A stretch of DNA of 64,000 nt from Guillardia theta CCMP2712 (GCF_000315625.1 NW_005434565.1:164521-228520); one strand, 5' to 3'. Counted from the first letter of the stretch, positions 23,873-36,765 are shown. Notes: generated by a model from the letters alone, not told the origin. Made by a program: numbers and translations.

Positions 23873-26800
23873 ACAAGACAAAGAGAAGGAGGAGAAGCAA
23901 GAAGAGGAGAAGGAGGAGCAGGAGTTACATCGAAGGTTGATCGGATTTGCGACTTGAGGTCAAGGGAATCATTAAACATGGTCATGCTGACTGTCAGAGG
24001 ATCCAGAACTCCTGAAGCAGTTTGAGGAGACAGCAGAGGAAGGGAGAGGAGAGAGGAGAGAGGAGAGAGAAAAAGAGAGAGGAGGAGAAGAGAGAGGAGG
24101 AGAAGAGAAGAGAGGAGGGGAGAGGAGAGGAGAGGAGGGGAGGGGAGAGAAGAGGAGAGGAGAGGAGAGGAGAGGAGAGGAGAGGAGAGGAGAGGAGAGG
24201 AGAGGAGAGGAGAGGAGACGGTGGGAAGGGAAGGTGCGGCGGACCGCTAATCCTGCAAGCTTCTGCTTCCATCTCCTTACGCATCTGCTCCTCTTGCTTC
24301 TCACGTGTCACCTGATAGTTACATCAAACAAATCCTGCTCATGATGATGATGGTGAGGAGCAGGAGCAGGAGCAGCCGCAGCAGCCGCAGGAGGAGGAGG
24401 AGGAGGAGGTAGGAAGGAAAGCAGAGCAGTGGAGGGGAGGAAAGGAAAGCAAAGAAGGAGACGGAAGGGTCTACTCTTGTGCAGGCTGAGCTGGAAGGAG
24501 GGGAGAGGTCAGGAGGAGGAGGAGGAGGAAAAAGAGAATAGAGCGGAGGAGCTTACAGAGGACAAGAATTCATCCAGCAGGACTGAGGAGAGTGAAGTCA
24601 GAGAGTTGGAAAGGAAGCAGGCGATTGTCCTACCAGTGAGAACTACATTCATTAGGACCATCTGCAGAGAGATCAGATTCCAGAAGAGAACGGAGGGGGG
24701 GGGTGGGGGTGCGNNNNNNNNNNNNNNNNNNNNNNNNNNNNNNNNNNNNNNNNNNNNNNNNNNNNNNNNNNNNNNNNNNNNNNNNNNNNNNNNNNNNNNN
24801 NNNNNNNNNNNNNTCAGGGTTGTTTCAAGGAGAACATGTCATCCTTACAGTGAAAGAAGACTGCAGCCTGTCCCTCCAGGTGGAGAAGCACTCGAGGTAA
24901 CGGGCACACAAGACAAGATGGAAAGTAAGACAGATAGATGAGATTCAGAAACAACGCTCCCGCCCTCCCTCCCTCCCTCCCTCACCTACCTCGCTCCCTC
25001 CCTCCCTCGCTCCCTCCCCTCCCTCGCTCCCTCGCTCCCTCGCTCTCTCCTCCCTCGCTCCCTCGCTCCCTCCCTCGCTCCCCTCGCTCCCTCGCTCCCT
25101 CGCTCTCTCCTCCCTCGCTCCCTCGCTCCCTCGCTCCCTCGCTCCCTCGCTCCCTCGCTCCCTCGCTCCCTCGCTCCTCTCTCTTCCTCCTCTGTCGTTT
25201 CTTTTCTCACCGTCGTGTCGGGTTGGTCTACCCAGAGGGACCGCGTGATAGCAGAAGCCCAGCTGTTGAGGTGAGAAAAATCCCCCCGGTCAGCAGCCGG
25301 ACCCAAGAGGTCGCAAGGCTTGACCTGTCGCCGGTGACAACTTGGAACATCTTTGGAAAGGTTTCAGTTTAAGTGCTGACGATGGGAAGAACTCACGGAG
25401 AAAATTGACTTGGAGAAATTTCCAAAGAAGAGATCTGAACGGTCGCTGCAGGATACAAATCAGTGTGGGCAAGGTAGGAAGACTAGGGGAAAAGGAGGAG
25501 GAAAGGAGGAGAAAAGGAGGAATAGAGAAGAAGTCGGGTAAACGACATCGCTAGCCTTGAGTGAATGTGACAAGAGAAAAGGAGAAAGGAGAGGAGCGGT
25601 GGAAAAGGAGCCAGAGGTGAAGAGAAGAAAAGAAGGTCAAGAACGGACATGCGCGGGATCGGTGCGAGGAGAGATCAGCAGGAGAGCAGGGAAGGAGGAG
25701 GGGGACAAAGAGGCGAGGAGGGAGAGGACGAGGAGACCGGAAGAGATGAGTTGCGAGCGTAGCATAGATGCAGGAGACGAGGAGGAGGATAAGAAATGCA
25801 TTGCTGACAGGGATGACAGCAGCTCCTAGTGCCTGCACTCTTATCAGGTCCCCTCCTCTCCTTCCCCTTCTCCGTCCGGTCCTAATCCAATTCCGCTCCC
25901 TGCATGATCCATCCAGCCCTGCAGCCTCCTCTCCTCTTCCTCCTATCTCCATCTTCGCTTCCCCCGCCACTCCCCGTCTCCTCCTCCTCCTCCTACAGAA
26001 ATGATTCTGTTCGCCGATCGGAATGTCCTGCAGCAGGTCAGCCCCGCAGGTCCCACCGGCACCATCAGACCTGATGAGGCGGATTACCTGCCACGTCACT
26101 CAGAGGAGGGACAAGAACGGGAACAACGTCAGCTGACTCACCCGAAAGATCTTGACAAGTCGGAACATCTTGACTTGCGGCACACCAATGCTCAGCCCGA
26201 GAGCAAGGACGGACATCTGCAGCAAGATCAGGGGATTCCTGTATGCTCAACCCCATCAGCTCCTCTCAGCCACTTCCCTCCTCCTATCTCACTCTACACT
26301 GTCCTCCACTCCCTCCTCCTTCATTCCCTCCCCTTGTACTCCTGCTCCTCCTTTGTTTCTCCCTCTGCCAGGTGCTTACCAACACAACTCTGAAGTCATA
26401 GCGGCGAAGGGAGGAGGAGAAGGGGGTTCGACCAAGATTGGAGAGAGAGGGGGGGACAGAGAGGAGGGAGGAGAGGGACGGGAGTCAGTATCTGGTCAAG
26501 GCGGCAAGGAGCAGGTACATGGAATCAAAGATGTTCCATCCGTCCTTGACCCAATCGAAGAAAGTGTTGTCGGTGTGACAAAACAGGTTGATAAGAAACT
26601 CCTTCAAGGCAGTCGTCAGCAGAACGCCTCCACGACATCGCAGCAAGCACCGTGGCGAACGCAATCTGTCGTGCCATCAAACAGGTCAGAGGCAGTCAGC
26701 ACGACTGAGGTGTCACCGTGTAGAACATCTCGAGCTTCCTGAAGACCTGGTCTTGGAATGATCCTGAGTCGGGGAGAATCTGAGCCTCCGTGATGTCCTG

Positions 26801-28001
26801 GCGACCGGAACGTCACGGGCAGAGCCGAACGAGGGGGAGAAATGAAGAGTTGTGGGGTGGTAGCTGTGGAATCAAGCTTGAACAAGGACGTTGGGGATGT
26901 AGGTGGAGGAGTACGAGGAGCAAGGAGAACGCACAGAACGGGAAAAGAAGATGAGGGGGAGAGAGTAAGGGAATGCGAGTAAGGAAACAAACCGAGGCAA
27001 AACTTGTGAAGATGAGGATGGCAACAATGATCTGGCAGCGCGTCATGTTACAGCTCTTGTTGAGCACAGGGTTGCACCTGCCCCTTGAAGGAGTCGTAGA
27101 AACATCTCACTCGCGTTCTGGCATACCAGAGCGCCTTTTGCCCGGCCGTCATGTTGCTCAAAATTTTCTCTCTCTCCTCCCTCGCTTGTGCGGCTTTGTA
27201 CGCCGCCTTCACTGCCGTCCTCCACTGGTTGCATTCTTCCGGAGTTTTGCACCTGAATATGTACGTTCTCCCACAGTTGTTCCCTACAGTACCAGCGATC
27301 AGCATTAAAAAGTGTCAAGAGCGTCTCAACCGTGCGGGTCCGTTCGGATCACCAAGGTCCGTTCGTCGTCCGGATGCATCGCCTCGTGGGCACCTCCGAC
27401 TTGGCCCTGGAGCCCTCTATCACATGCAGCGACGGACATGACATGCACTCACTTGTATGAAGACGTTCTTGACCTCGTGCAAGAGGATCTCGTCTTCTAC
27501 CTCGTCTACCCCGACGTCCGAGAACGACAGCGAGCTGGGAAAATGCACGTTCAGCAGGCGTCACAGAATCTCTTCATGCTCACGTCGAGGTCATGACGAT
27601 GGTGGTTGGCTCCCAGACGATGATGGAGCTGCTTGCAGTATCAACTCACGCATCTACCTGAAAGGTTTTCGAGACCTCAAGATTTTCTTGTCAAAGTCTC
27701 CCTTGAGCAGGATGTTCGTTCTTGGCATTCTCCTATGCAATCAATCAAAAAGATGGAAACAACAATGGTGAGGCATTGACAATCCTCCTCCTCCTCCTCC
27801 TCCTCCTCCTCCTCCTCCTCCTCCTCCTCCTCCTCCTCCTCCTCCTCCTCCTCCTCATCATCATCATCATCTCCATGATCATAATCATCATCATCTCCAT
27901 GATCATAATCATCTCGACGACAACAACAACAACAACATCATCATCATCATCAACATCATCATCATCATCATCAACAACAACAACATCATCATCATCATCA
28001 A

Positions 28002-28039
<38 letters not shown>

Positions 28040-28082
28040 CCATCACCATCACCATCACCATCACCATCACCATCACCATCAC

Positions 28083-28147
<65 letters not shown>

Positions 28148-28154
28148 CCATCAC

Positions 28155-28211
<57 letters not shown>

Positions 28212-28417
28212 TTCATGAAGCAACGGTCGTTCTCTTGGAATGAAAATGCTTTCTTCTCAAACCACACAAAGGGGCATTACTTGTGGGTCCTTTTTGACAT
28301 AGAGCCCGAGAAGTCTTCGCTGACCAGCGATGCCTGTGTTGGCGATCGGTGACTAACATCTGCGAACGCGAATGTTTCGACCTGAGAATTCGAACGGGGC
28401 ATTTTTGATCGCTTCAT
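20803..28417 (-). CDS. PH domain + single-domain (6-TM) voltage-gated-like cation channel + EF-hands + coiled coil; spans an assembly gap
   Basis: PH: ILLKGDFDKK..GRTYIFRCKTPEECNQWRTAV. Channel: CQIIVAILIFTSF, EFLINLF..DGWNIFDS, S4 KMFRLVKIFRVIRLIR, AFLILLLVSCIYATLATHLF, pore FGNFSKSIFSMFQVVTGDSWAS, S6 LMNVVL.VLLDEF. EF-hand: DEDKSGGLNYSE. Confidence 0.85.
23122..23258. repeat. (CTCCTG)n intronic microsatellite
   Basis: Direct hexamer repeats. Confidence 0.95.
24714..24813. other. Assembly gap (100 N)
   Basis: Run of N. Confidence 1.
24990..25175. repeat. (CTCCCTCG)n-type intronic repeat
   Basis: Imperfect octamer tandem array. Confidence 0.9.
27783..28210. repeat. Compound (CCT)n/(CAT)n/(CACCAT)n microsatellite in an intron of the channel gene
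   Basis: Seen directly. Confidence 0.95.
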
Positions 28418-29235
28418 TGAACCAGCTAAGGTGCAGAAAACAAGTCAGCTCCTTTCTTAGAGTGCAGGCTGCTCACAGAAGTTTTCTGAGGCCATATAAG
28501 CGGATATCATGCTTGTAGTGTGTTCCTTGTCAGAACAACAACGCTGGTTGGAAGGGCCTAAAAACAACACAAACAGTTGATCATCGCAATTTTCAGGATA
28601 GTAGAAGATCAAAGTCCTACAACCCGACTCCTTCCGTCTGCAGGTTCACTTGCCCTAACCTCCCTTCACTTCTCTGCTTGGCTCTCCTTCTCTGTTTCTC
28701 TCCATCTTTCGCTTCTCATCTGCTCCGTGATCGCTCCCTCGCTCCCTCGCTCTTTCGCTCTTCCGTCGGAGCCCTCTGACCTCAATTCTTGACCTCCGGA
28801 ACTCTTGCTCACCAACAACCCTCTACCCCCTGTTTTGTACCCTCCTCCATCCCACACCCCCACAATGGTGCTCAATCAGGTCTAAATCGTATGTTGTATT
28901 GGGAAAAGTACCGGTATTTGAATTACCCCCACCCACTCTATTTCGTGCTGTGCAGCCTCATTATATCCATTGCCTCGCTGAGTAAAAAAAAGGTCAAAAG
29001 ACCCCTACCCCGGATATGACATATCAGCATCTACACCCCTACCCACATTAAGACAGTGTAAATGACCGGTGCTACCTCGCCTCCGACACTAACTTTACAA
29101 TCCAGTCCAGCGTGACTTTTACCTCAAAGGATGCGAATTGGCTACTTTTGACAGAAACTGGTACAGTTTAAAATCATTTTAAGTACAGAAATTACCTAAA
29201 ATAGATGTAGAGGGTTGGCGACGATATAAACCTCT

Positions 29236-29412
29236 GAGATGAGGCTAGGGAGATGAGGGGGATGAGCGGCTAGGGAGATGAGGGGGATGAGCGGCTAGGG
29301 AGATGAGGGGGATGAGGCTAGGGAGATGAGGGGGATGAGGCTAGGGAGATGAGGGGATGACTAGGGAGATGAGGGGATGAGGCTAGGGAGATGAGGGAGA
29401 TGAGGCTAGGGA
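29236..29412. repeat. ~21-23 bp minisatellite (GGCTAGGGAGATGAGGGGGATGA)n
   Basis: About 8 imperfect copies in the divergent intergenic region. Confidence 0.9.
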
Positions 29413-30029
29413 GATATGAGGGGGACTCGGGATGAGGGAGATGAAGGAGAGGATGAGGGGGATGATGGAAAGGCATGGTGGGTGGACTTGTTTTGGGGTA
29501 GGGGTACACAAATGGTATCATTATATAGAGCAGAAATAGGAAAAATAAGGGGTAGTGAGTGGATTTCAGGGGGTAGAGTAGGAAAGGGAATTTAGGGGTG
29601 GGGTGGGTGGTGTCTTTCCATGCAGGGGATTGCAACCCTACTGGGAGGATGGGTGATGAGACGAGAGGAGGGAAGAGGATAGAGGAGAGGAGAGGAGAGG
29701 GAGAGAGGAAGGAACAGGAGGGGAGCGCCCGGGAGCGGAGTGTTCATGGGGAATAAATGCGGAGGAGGGGGGAGCTGTGGACAGATCGAATCGTCAGAGT
29801 GTGAATCTGAAGCTAAGCGTCTAATCATGGCAAGGGGATGAAATGCGCACACGTTGCTCGCAGAGTTCTTTTGCTTTCAAACAGAGATAATGAGTGGTTG
29901 CATTGATTTCAACCATCAGTATCGATAACGGGCAGAGCAGAAGCTCTTTGACATTGGTTTCCCATTGGCGAGTTTTTCAGACACTTAGTTACTTCGCTCG
30001 CCCTACCATTGCATCAACGAGGCAAAGAC

Positions 30030-33000
30030 ATGGAAAACTACGACACGATTAAAAAGTTAGCCAAGGTCTCTTATGAATCACATCGGCTCACTTGATCTAA
30101 GGAGTTGCGCGTAGGGGGGGCAGGGCTCGACCATTCTTGTAAAGGCGAAGAAGGGAGGTGATGCAATGGTGTTGAAGCAGTGCAAATGCGCTACGATAAA
30201 AGAGGCAAACCTCGCGTTGAAGGAGGTCTGTGCCGTCTTGTTGTCTCTGACATTCTGATAGAGTTCTCACCTATCCACACCAGGCGAAGGTGCTCCAAAG
30301 TTTGAACCACGCGGGCATCGTGGCCTACCACGATGTGTTTCTTCATCAAGACGACAAAGCATTGGTGATTTGCACCCTTATGGTGAGTCGTATAGTCCCT
30401 GCGTAGCTTGCTTGTCATGAAGACTACAGGAGTACTGCGAGAGAGGGGATCTTGCCTGCTACCTGAATGACGTTAAGAGCAAAAATCATGCTCTGGAAGA
30501 GAAGCTCGTGCTACGTTGGACATACGAGATGGCAACAGCACTTGACTACATACACAACAAAAAGGTATTTTGAAACATGCTCTTTCTCGGTGATCGGTAG
30601 GAAACTCACCATGCTTGAATGGTCAGGTTGTTCACAGGGACATTAAGCCATTGAACGTGTTCATGACCAAAGGAGACAACCTCAAGGTGTTGAGCACAGC
30701 CTGTCCATCTGCCTTCTTGCATGCTCGATTGACATGAGTCAAGATTGGAGACTTTGGGCTTGCATCAAACACGGGTCATGATAGAGCGCAATCGCAGGTA
30801 TGTTGTTGCTTTGATCTGATTGCTGTGAGAAGTTGCTGGTTCACCAAATGCCTTTCTAGGTTGGAACCCCATGCTACTTGGCCCCTGAAGTCTTACAAAG
30901 TGAAGAGTACGGAACTGCTGTGGATATATGGGGCATAGGGTGAGCGAATGCAGCAGCTGTTTTCTCCGTATTTCAAGGCGCTCCTCACTGTCTCGTTGAT
31001 GCATCAGATGTATTGTGCTGGAGATGGTCACCTTGGAATTCCTTTGGCAGCGCAAGGGGCTGCTATCTGTACAGGTCAATTTCATTCCTCCTGATCACGG
31101 GCCTGATCAAGTTGAACAGGTCTTGTCGAGGCCTTTGGATGCGAACAGCTTCCCATCTGCCTACTCCTCTGAGCTTCGACAACTTATCGCCCGGTGCTTC
31201 TCTCGCTTTCGGAGGTGATAGATGCTGACTCAAAGCAAGGATGTTGGAAAAGGATCCAGACAGTAGGCCTCGATCGTCGCAGGTGAGCGATCGGACCTTC
31301 TCTTCTCTCTTCGAAAGAGCCTGAGCTCCCCGTGCCCAGGTTGCCCAGAACTGTCAACAGTTGTTGAAGGGAGTGGGATGGGGGAGTTCGAAGGGGCTCG
31401 TCGGAGGGTTCGATGCTCTTGCCGAAGGCTTTGGAGCATTTTGGGCCAATAACAAGAACCTTGAGGGGGAGGACAAGGGAGCGGAAGGAGGGTCGAGCCC
31501 TGCACACGTGGAGAGGAGGCGACAGCAGGAAGCTACCCCAGAGCAACAGAGAGTTGCTCCCAAGAACGATGGCCAGGTTGCTGACTTCCGCCGTCGGACC
31601 CCAGCACAGCGTCAGCTGAAGCCGGAAGCAAGAGACCAGGTGGCATATTTCACGCAGAAAGGGAAGGACAAGAATGGGACGGACGCAGATAGGGCGCGAA
31701 GGAGGGCCATGAGAGCAAGGCCAAGTCTGTCTGAGGTAGGATGCCTCCTTCTCCTTGTTCGTTGCTCCTCCTCCGCTGCTCCTTTCTGCATCCTTCCCTC
31801 CGTCAGCTTCCTCACCCTGTTTGTCATAGATTCAGCGAGAGCTCGAGCGGTGCGGGTATTCCAGATTCTTTTCTGTATTCAAGGAGCAGGTTGCTTCTTT
31901 CCGCGGACTAACCCCTCCGCCGATTTTTCTGAACTCTCCTTGGGTAGGAATTGTACGGGGACATTCTACAGGAAATCACTGAAGACGGTGAAGTTCATGT
32001 TGTGTGCGTGGTACTGGTGATATCTAACTTTATTCCTTACCGGCCAAGACCTTGTTGAGATCGGAGTCCCAGACAGGATTGAGCGACAGAATCTCCTCAT
32101 CATCATTCAAAACCTGTTGGGGAACAAGAAGTCGCCACTCATTGTGGCCGAACCGCCAAAGCCTGAACTCACGGCAAAGCAGAGCCCTCATGAAACGGTC
32201 GATACATCGTTCGACGAGCCACCAGGCAAGTGTTGAGACGTTTGATGTTTCCAACATGTTGCTGAGATCCTTCGTTGAACTCGACTGACTCTGCCTTTCA
32301 GTTCCTCAGGTTCCGCTTTGTTCCTCACTCGCTTTAAATTTGCTCACGACGCAAGCAGTCGGATATCGAGTTGTGGATGATCGAGAACAACATCATTCAG
32401 GTGCGCGTGTTTGCGCTGGGCAATATTTGACAACTGAGTGAGTCGGCAGTATCGTCCCGTCTTCGAGGCAAATGGCATCCGATCGCTCAAGGTCTCGAGG
32501 TCTAAAGATGAAAGGATAACTTGACGCTCTTCCTGCAGCATCTCCAATCACTCAACGAAACAGAGATTGATGCTCTCTGCCTGAGCATCGAAGAGAACAA
32601 CTCATCGGTGAGGGCAGCATCGCTATCTCTCCTCGACACCTCGTTCTCCATGGTGACCGACTTCCAGAACCCGAGCTTGCTCAACGCCATTCAAGCCATC
32701 AAGAAGAAGTTGAAGAATAGGACGAACCATGCTCGAGCCGAACCGAACGAGGTGGACCAGGACCTCGCTTATCGAGCGACTGACCTCGCTCGAAGGTGAG
32801 CAAGGCGACGATGGAGGCAGAAGAGAAAATGTTCCAACAGGCTCTCCGGGTAATCCACCAGTCCCGATCACGAGGACTGTCGATGAGTCATCTCCCACCT
32901 GATTCGTTGTGCTTGCAGGCTTCTCTCAGGGATCTTGGGAACGAGACTGCCAGCTCGCCCCCTGCCAACAACGGAAATGACGCCAAGTGAGGCCAAGCTT

Positions 33001-34426
33001 CCGCCTCTTGCTCCAGATGACGAATGTGCGCAGCGCTGCGGAACAACCCAGATCGAGAGTGAAGCAGGAGGAGGGCAAGGCAATGAAGCTGGCAGACTTC
33101 CTCCTGGTCAGCAACTTCCGCACTGGAGACTCGAAGCGCTTGTTCTGCGTGTTGGACAGGAACCGCCTGAAGCTGTTCGAGAGCGTGGCCTCGATGCAGC
33201 AGGGTGACCCTCCATCGCAAGAAGTGACCTCTCTGCTAAGCAAGGAGACAGCCGTGCTGACCCGGAGCAGGTAGTGATGGACGGACTCTGCGTGGACACC
33301 ATGGCGGACTCTCAGGACTTCACGTGATGGAGCATCGAGGCGGCGAAGGATGCTGACGTGCGTGCCTTGCAGGATCTTCCTGAGGAGATCTATGAATGCC
33401 ATCTCACAAGAGGATCTGCTGCTCACCGTGACAGAAGACGCCAACCATCCTTTCGTCCAATGGCTGCAGGTGGTAATGTTGGTTCATTGTTGCATTGATC
33501 AACATCATCATCATCATATGATCATCACATCACCACCACCTCCTCCCTCATTGTCCTCATCACTTCTTACGTTCAAATTTCAGCGCCTACAAGCATCGGC
33601 GTACCTCAGCGCCATGCTGGCCCCACCAGGCCCCAACAGTGCTGTGAAAGGGATTGTCCTGCGCTCTCTTGAGATCGTCAATGCTTCCTCCCTCTTCCAG
33701 GTAGGACAGGGTAAGGAGGACGAACGATGAGCAGGAGCAGGGGCAGGAGCAGGAGAGGGCGGGGGCGGGGGTCGGATAATGACTGTGGAGCAGGGGATGT
33801 CTCTGTGCGTGAATGCCGTGAGGGCAACAGGGGAGGTGAGAGTCCGATGGGGAAGAGGAGGAGCGGATCCCTCACTCGCTGCCCTGCAGTTCCTCTACCA
33901 GATCTCTGACATCGCCCTCGATCAACCGTCTCAACGGTCACTCATGCACTTCGACCTCTGGAAGGTGCTCGCAATGCTCTGCAAGGCTCGTCATCCCATG
34001 ACGAAGACGGCAGGAGGTCCAGTCTCCTTCTTCCGAAGACGCCTTCGTGTACTTCGAGGTACCTCCTCCTTGTCCCTTCCCTCTTCCCTTGCCCTCGTCC
34101 TGTGCTCTCGTCCTGTTCATCCACTCACATTTCTCTCCCTTCAGGTCCGATACATGAAAGGCAAGAAGCAGCAACCCACCAAGTACTGGACCTGGTGAGC
34201 ACACAGGAGGCAATGTAGCTGTTCCTTGACTTCATCGCAGCATCGCATGCAACAGCATGCGGCAGGGCACTCGATCGCTGCAGGTGTTCAAGGCTCCTTG
34301 TGAGTACGACTCGAGCAAGCACAGCAAAGTTCTGGTAAGAAGGGAGGAGGAGGCGAGCTTCCCTGACAGCTGCTGCTGGAACAGCCGAAGCAGAAGAGCA
34401 AGCTGGACGTCACTCTAACGGCATGA
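30030..34426 (+). CDS. NIMA-related (NEK-like) Ser/Thr kinase with a long C-terminal extension including a PH-like segment (3' end approximate)
   Basis: MENYDTIKKLAK/GGQG, VLKQ, ALKE/AKVLQSLNHAGIVAYHDVF, M/EYCERGDL, VVHRDIKPLNVF, IGDFGL, VGTPCYLAPEV, DIWGIG/C. Confidence 0.85.
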
Positions 34427-34539
34427 CAGGAAAACCTACCGCCGTATGTACCATAGCAACATACCTACACACACGAGAACATTTTGTCGATTTTTTTGCT
34501 TTATTGAAAGAATATGACTCGCTGCTCCTCTACAGCTGT

Positions 34540-34698
34540 TTAGTATCCGCGAGCAACCATGCGCTGCTGGTTGTTGCAGGGGGGCTCGTCGTTGGAATCG
34601 ATGACGGTGTTGGGGGTGACGCCGTTAGCGTTGTGCGGCTCAGCCCAGGTGTTGATGGTGTTGACGTAGGAGTTGGCGTCGAGGAGGAGAGAGAACAT
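34540..34698 (-). CDS. 52-aa Asn-rich microprotein, probable ejectisome ribbon protein (ejectisin/Tri family)
   Basis: MFSLLLDANSYVNTINTWAEPHNANGVTPNTVIDSNDEPPCNNQQRMVARGY*. Strong C-ending codon bias. Branch point and acceptor CTAAC..TGCAG lie directly before the ATG, with a candidate donor AG|GTAAAT at 35054. The family assignment is from recalled resemblance only. Confidence 0.7.
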   Translation of the reverse strand: MFSLLLDANSYVNTINTWAEPHNANGVTPNTVIDSNDEPPCNNQQRMVARGY

Positions 34699-36321
34699 CT
34701 GCACAAACCAGTTAGTGTGAACTATGGAAGTAATCGCAGTCGATGGTATGAGGCCCTGCTATCATGAGACCGCTGATGTATCCCTCTCCCTCTAAATTAC
34801 GGTGCATCTCTCCGGATCAGTATCCTCCTTTCCTCCTATTTTCTGTCCGGGTCTTTCATTTCCTTCACTCCTTTCATCAGTTTGTATGATCACGCACCGT
34901 ACCACACCAAATCCACCATCTCCTCTCCACCTCCAATTTCATCCTCATATCATCCTCTGTGCTCCTTCTCCTCCTAGACACCCTCACTACTACTCCTCCT
35001 CCCCCCCCTCCTTCTTTCCTCACAGTTTCCTCCTCTTCATTCCTGTGCATTTACCTTATCACTTGTTGGAACGGTCTCCACCACCCCTGCTAAAAGCAGT
35101 GATCTCCCCAAAATAGAACGTCTACCCCCACCCACCCCGGTGCTTGTCAATTAGACCCGTCATCAACCGATCACAGGACCCCCTGCACATCGGCAATACT
35201 GATGATATAAAGTAATGTGGGGTGGGTAGTCGTCCTCATGGGGTATCACTGTGTTTGCAGGGCTGGAAGGGGTGGGTAGAGGGTCTCAGGTACTGCAGTA
35301 CGTTAGTGGACAGGTCCCGAAAGGGTGGTGGTGACCTGGGGGTGGTCCTAAGTTTATTACTATTACTCAACTGATTTTTAGCTTAACTTTGAGTGAACTT
35401 GACTGCCAAGTCACTGAACTGCCGCCGCCGGGCCGGCCCGGAAGTGATCAGGTCAAAAAGAAGACCGTTACAGCTGTCCTCTGACCGTAACCGTACAATT
35501 TTTGCCTCGCAAAGGAGTAAAAAAAAGAAACAAAATCCACCCAAGAGGTAATATCACCCCTATTTATGCGGTCTATACCACCGGTGTCGACAGCGACCTG
35601 TGGTCGGAGTCACGATGCCGATAGTCGGAATGGACATCAGGCAAGGTGGGGTACTTGATCACCCCCCATTTTTACATGTAATACACCGGTACATGCAGAA
35701 AATCGGTTAGAAAGGAGGGGTGGAGGTAGTCCGGATAAAGCCGATACTCGGAAGCCCCGGGTCTAGTCAAAGGCGCGAAGAAGAGACGGGGTTGGGCGTC
35801 CTCATTCGGGAAGGTAGGGTACTACCCTCACTACCTCCCAGATAACTGTGGATTCCGTACTCTTAATGATGGTGGGTCATTACCCCTACCCACAACAGAC
35901 TGTACCCTACCCCTAGAATATCGGCAAGAAAACTTCCGGTGATTTGACGGAATGCATATATAGGGAGTTTGGGAAATGGCAGAAAGGATCAATTAGCGGA
36001 TAAGGTTTCAGAAGGAATATTGCAGACAGATGTGCTGCCTCCAATGCAGCAACTTTCTTTGTTCGGTGATGAAAGCAGTGTTAGCACGCCTTAGTATTCA
36101 GCAAAACCTTGTCTTATGATTTCTTCAAAATATAGTTGAGGCCATACACAAGATGGTGGTCCATTGTTGTAGAACAAGGTGGTGTTTAAGTCGAGCACCA
36201 GATATAGCTGAAGCTAATCTTTTCTTCGCAGTTGTATTTCTCTTGGCAAAATCCTTTACTTTCCTCTCACTGGCAGCATTGCTACGGGTTTGGTGCAAGA
36301 TTGACTGATCTCGCAGCAAGC

Positions 36322-36765
36322 ATGGGCAACAGCCACGCTTGCATGTTCTGTGACCAAGTTACCAAGACACAAAACCCTGAATGTCACTACGAGGTGAGTA
36401 CAGGTCATAGAAATAATTGCGTGACCAGGGACGTGTTCAAGAGCAAAGAATATCTTACAGTGGACAAGGAGAACAAAGAAAATAATTGCACTGATGCAAA
36501 CAATGCGACCGAGATTGCGGAGATGAAACAAAGGGCGAAGCTCGCGAGAGAGGCCGCCGTAGCACTGTTGGGAAAGCTTCCGAACAGAAAGAATGACTTC
36601 TCGGACGTGCAGGAGAGGCACGCAAAGAAAGTGCAGGGGATGTACTTGCACAACAAACTGATGGAAGCGCTAGAGGAAGCGCGAAAGGAGGCTGAGACAA
36701 AGATTATTGAGAACATGCAAAGTGAGTTCAATGTACAGCAGATCAAGGCAGAAATGCCAATTTAG
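36322..36765 (+). CDS. Small hypothetical coiled-coil protein with possible N-myristoylation (MGNS); may contain one in-frame short intron
   Basis: Open frame with an E/K/A-rich C-terminus and a GTGAGT...CCAG in-frame intron candidate at ~36394-36428. Confidence 0.5.
   Translation: MGNSHACMFCDQVTKTQNPECHYEVSTGHRNNCVTRDVFKSKEYLTVDKENKENNCTDANNATEIAEMKQRAKLAREAAVALLGKLPNRKNDFSDVQERHAKKVQGMYLHNKLMEALEEARKEAETKIIENMQSEFNVQQIKAEMPI

Noticed and set aside
27722-28243. Poly-L/I/S and poly-M ORFs
   Set aside because: These are translations of an intronic (CCT)n/(CAT)n microsatellite. The same applies to the many poly-P/G/E/R ORFs across the window.
34423-34767. + strand 114-aa Val/Gly-rich ORF
   Set aside because: It is the antisense shadow of the codon-biased 52-aa gene on the - strand.
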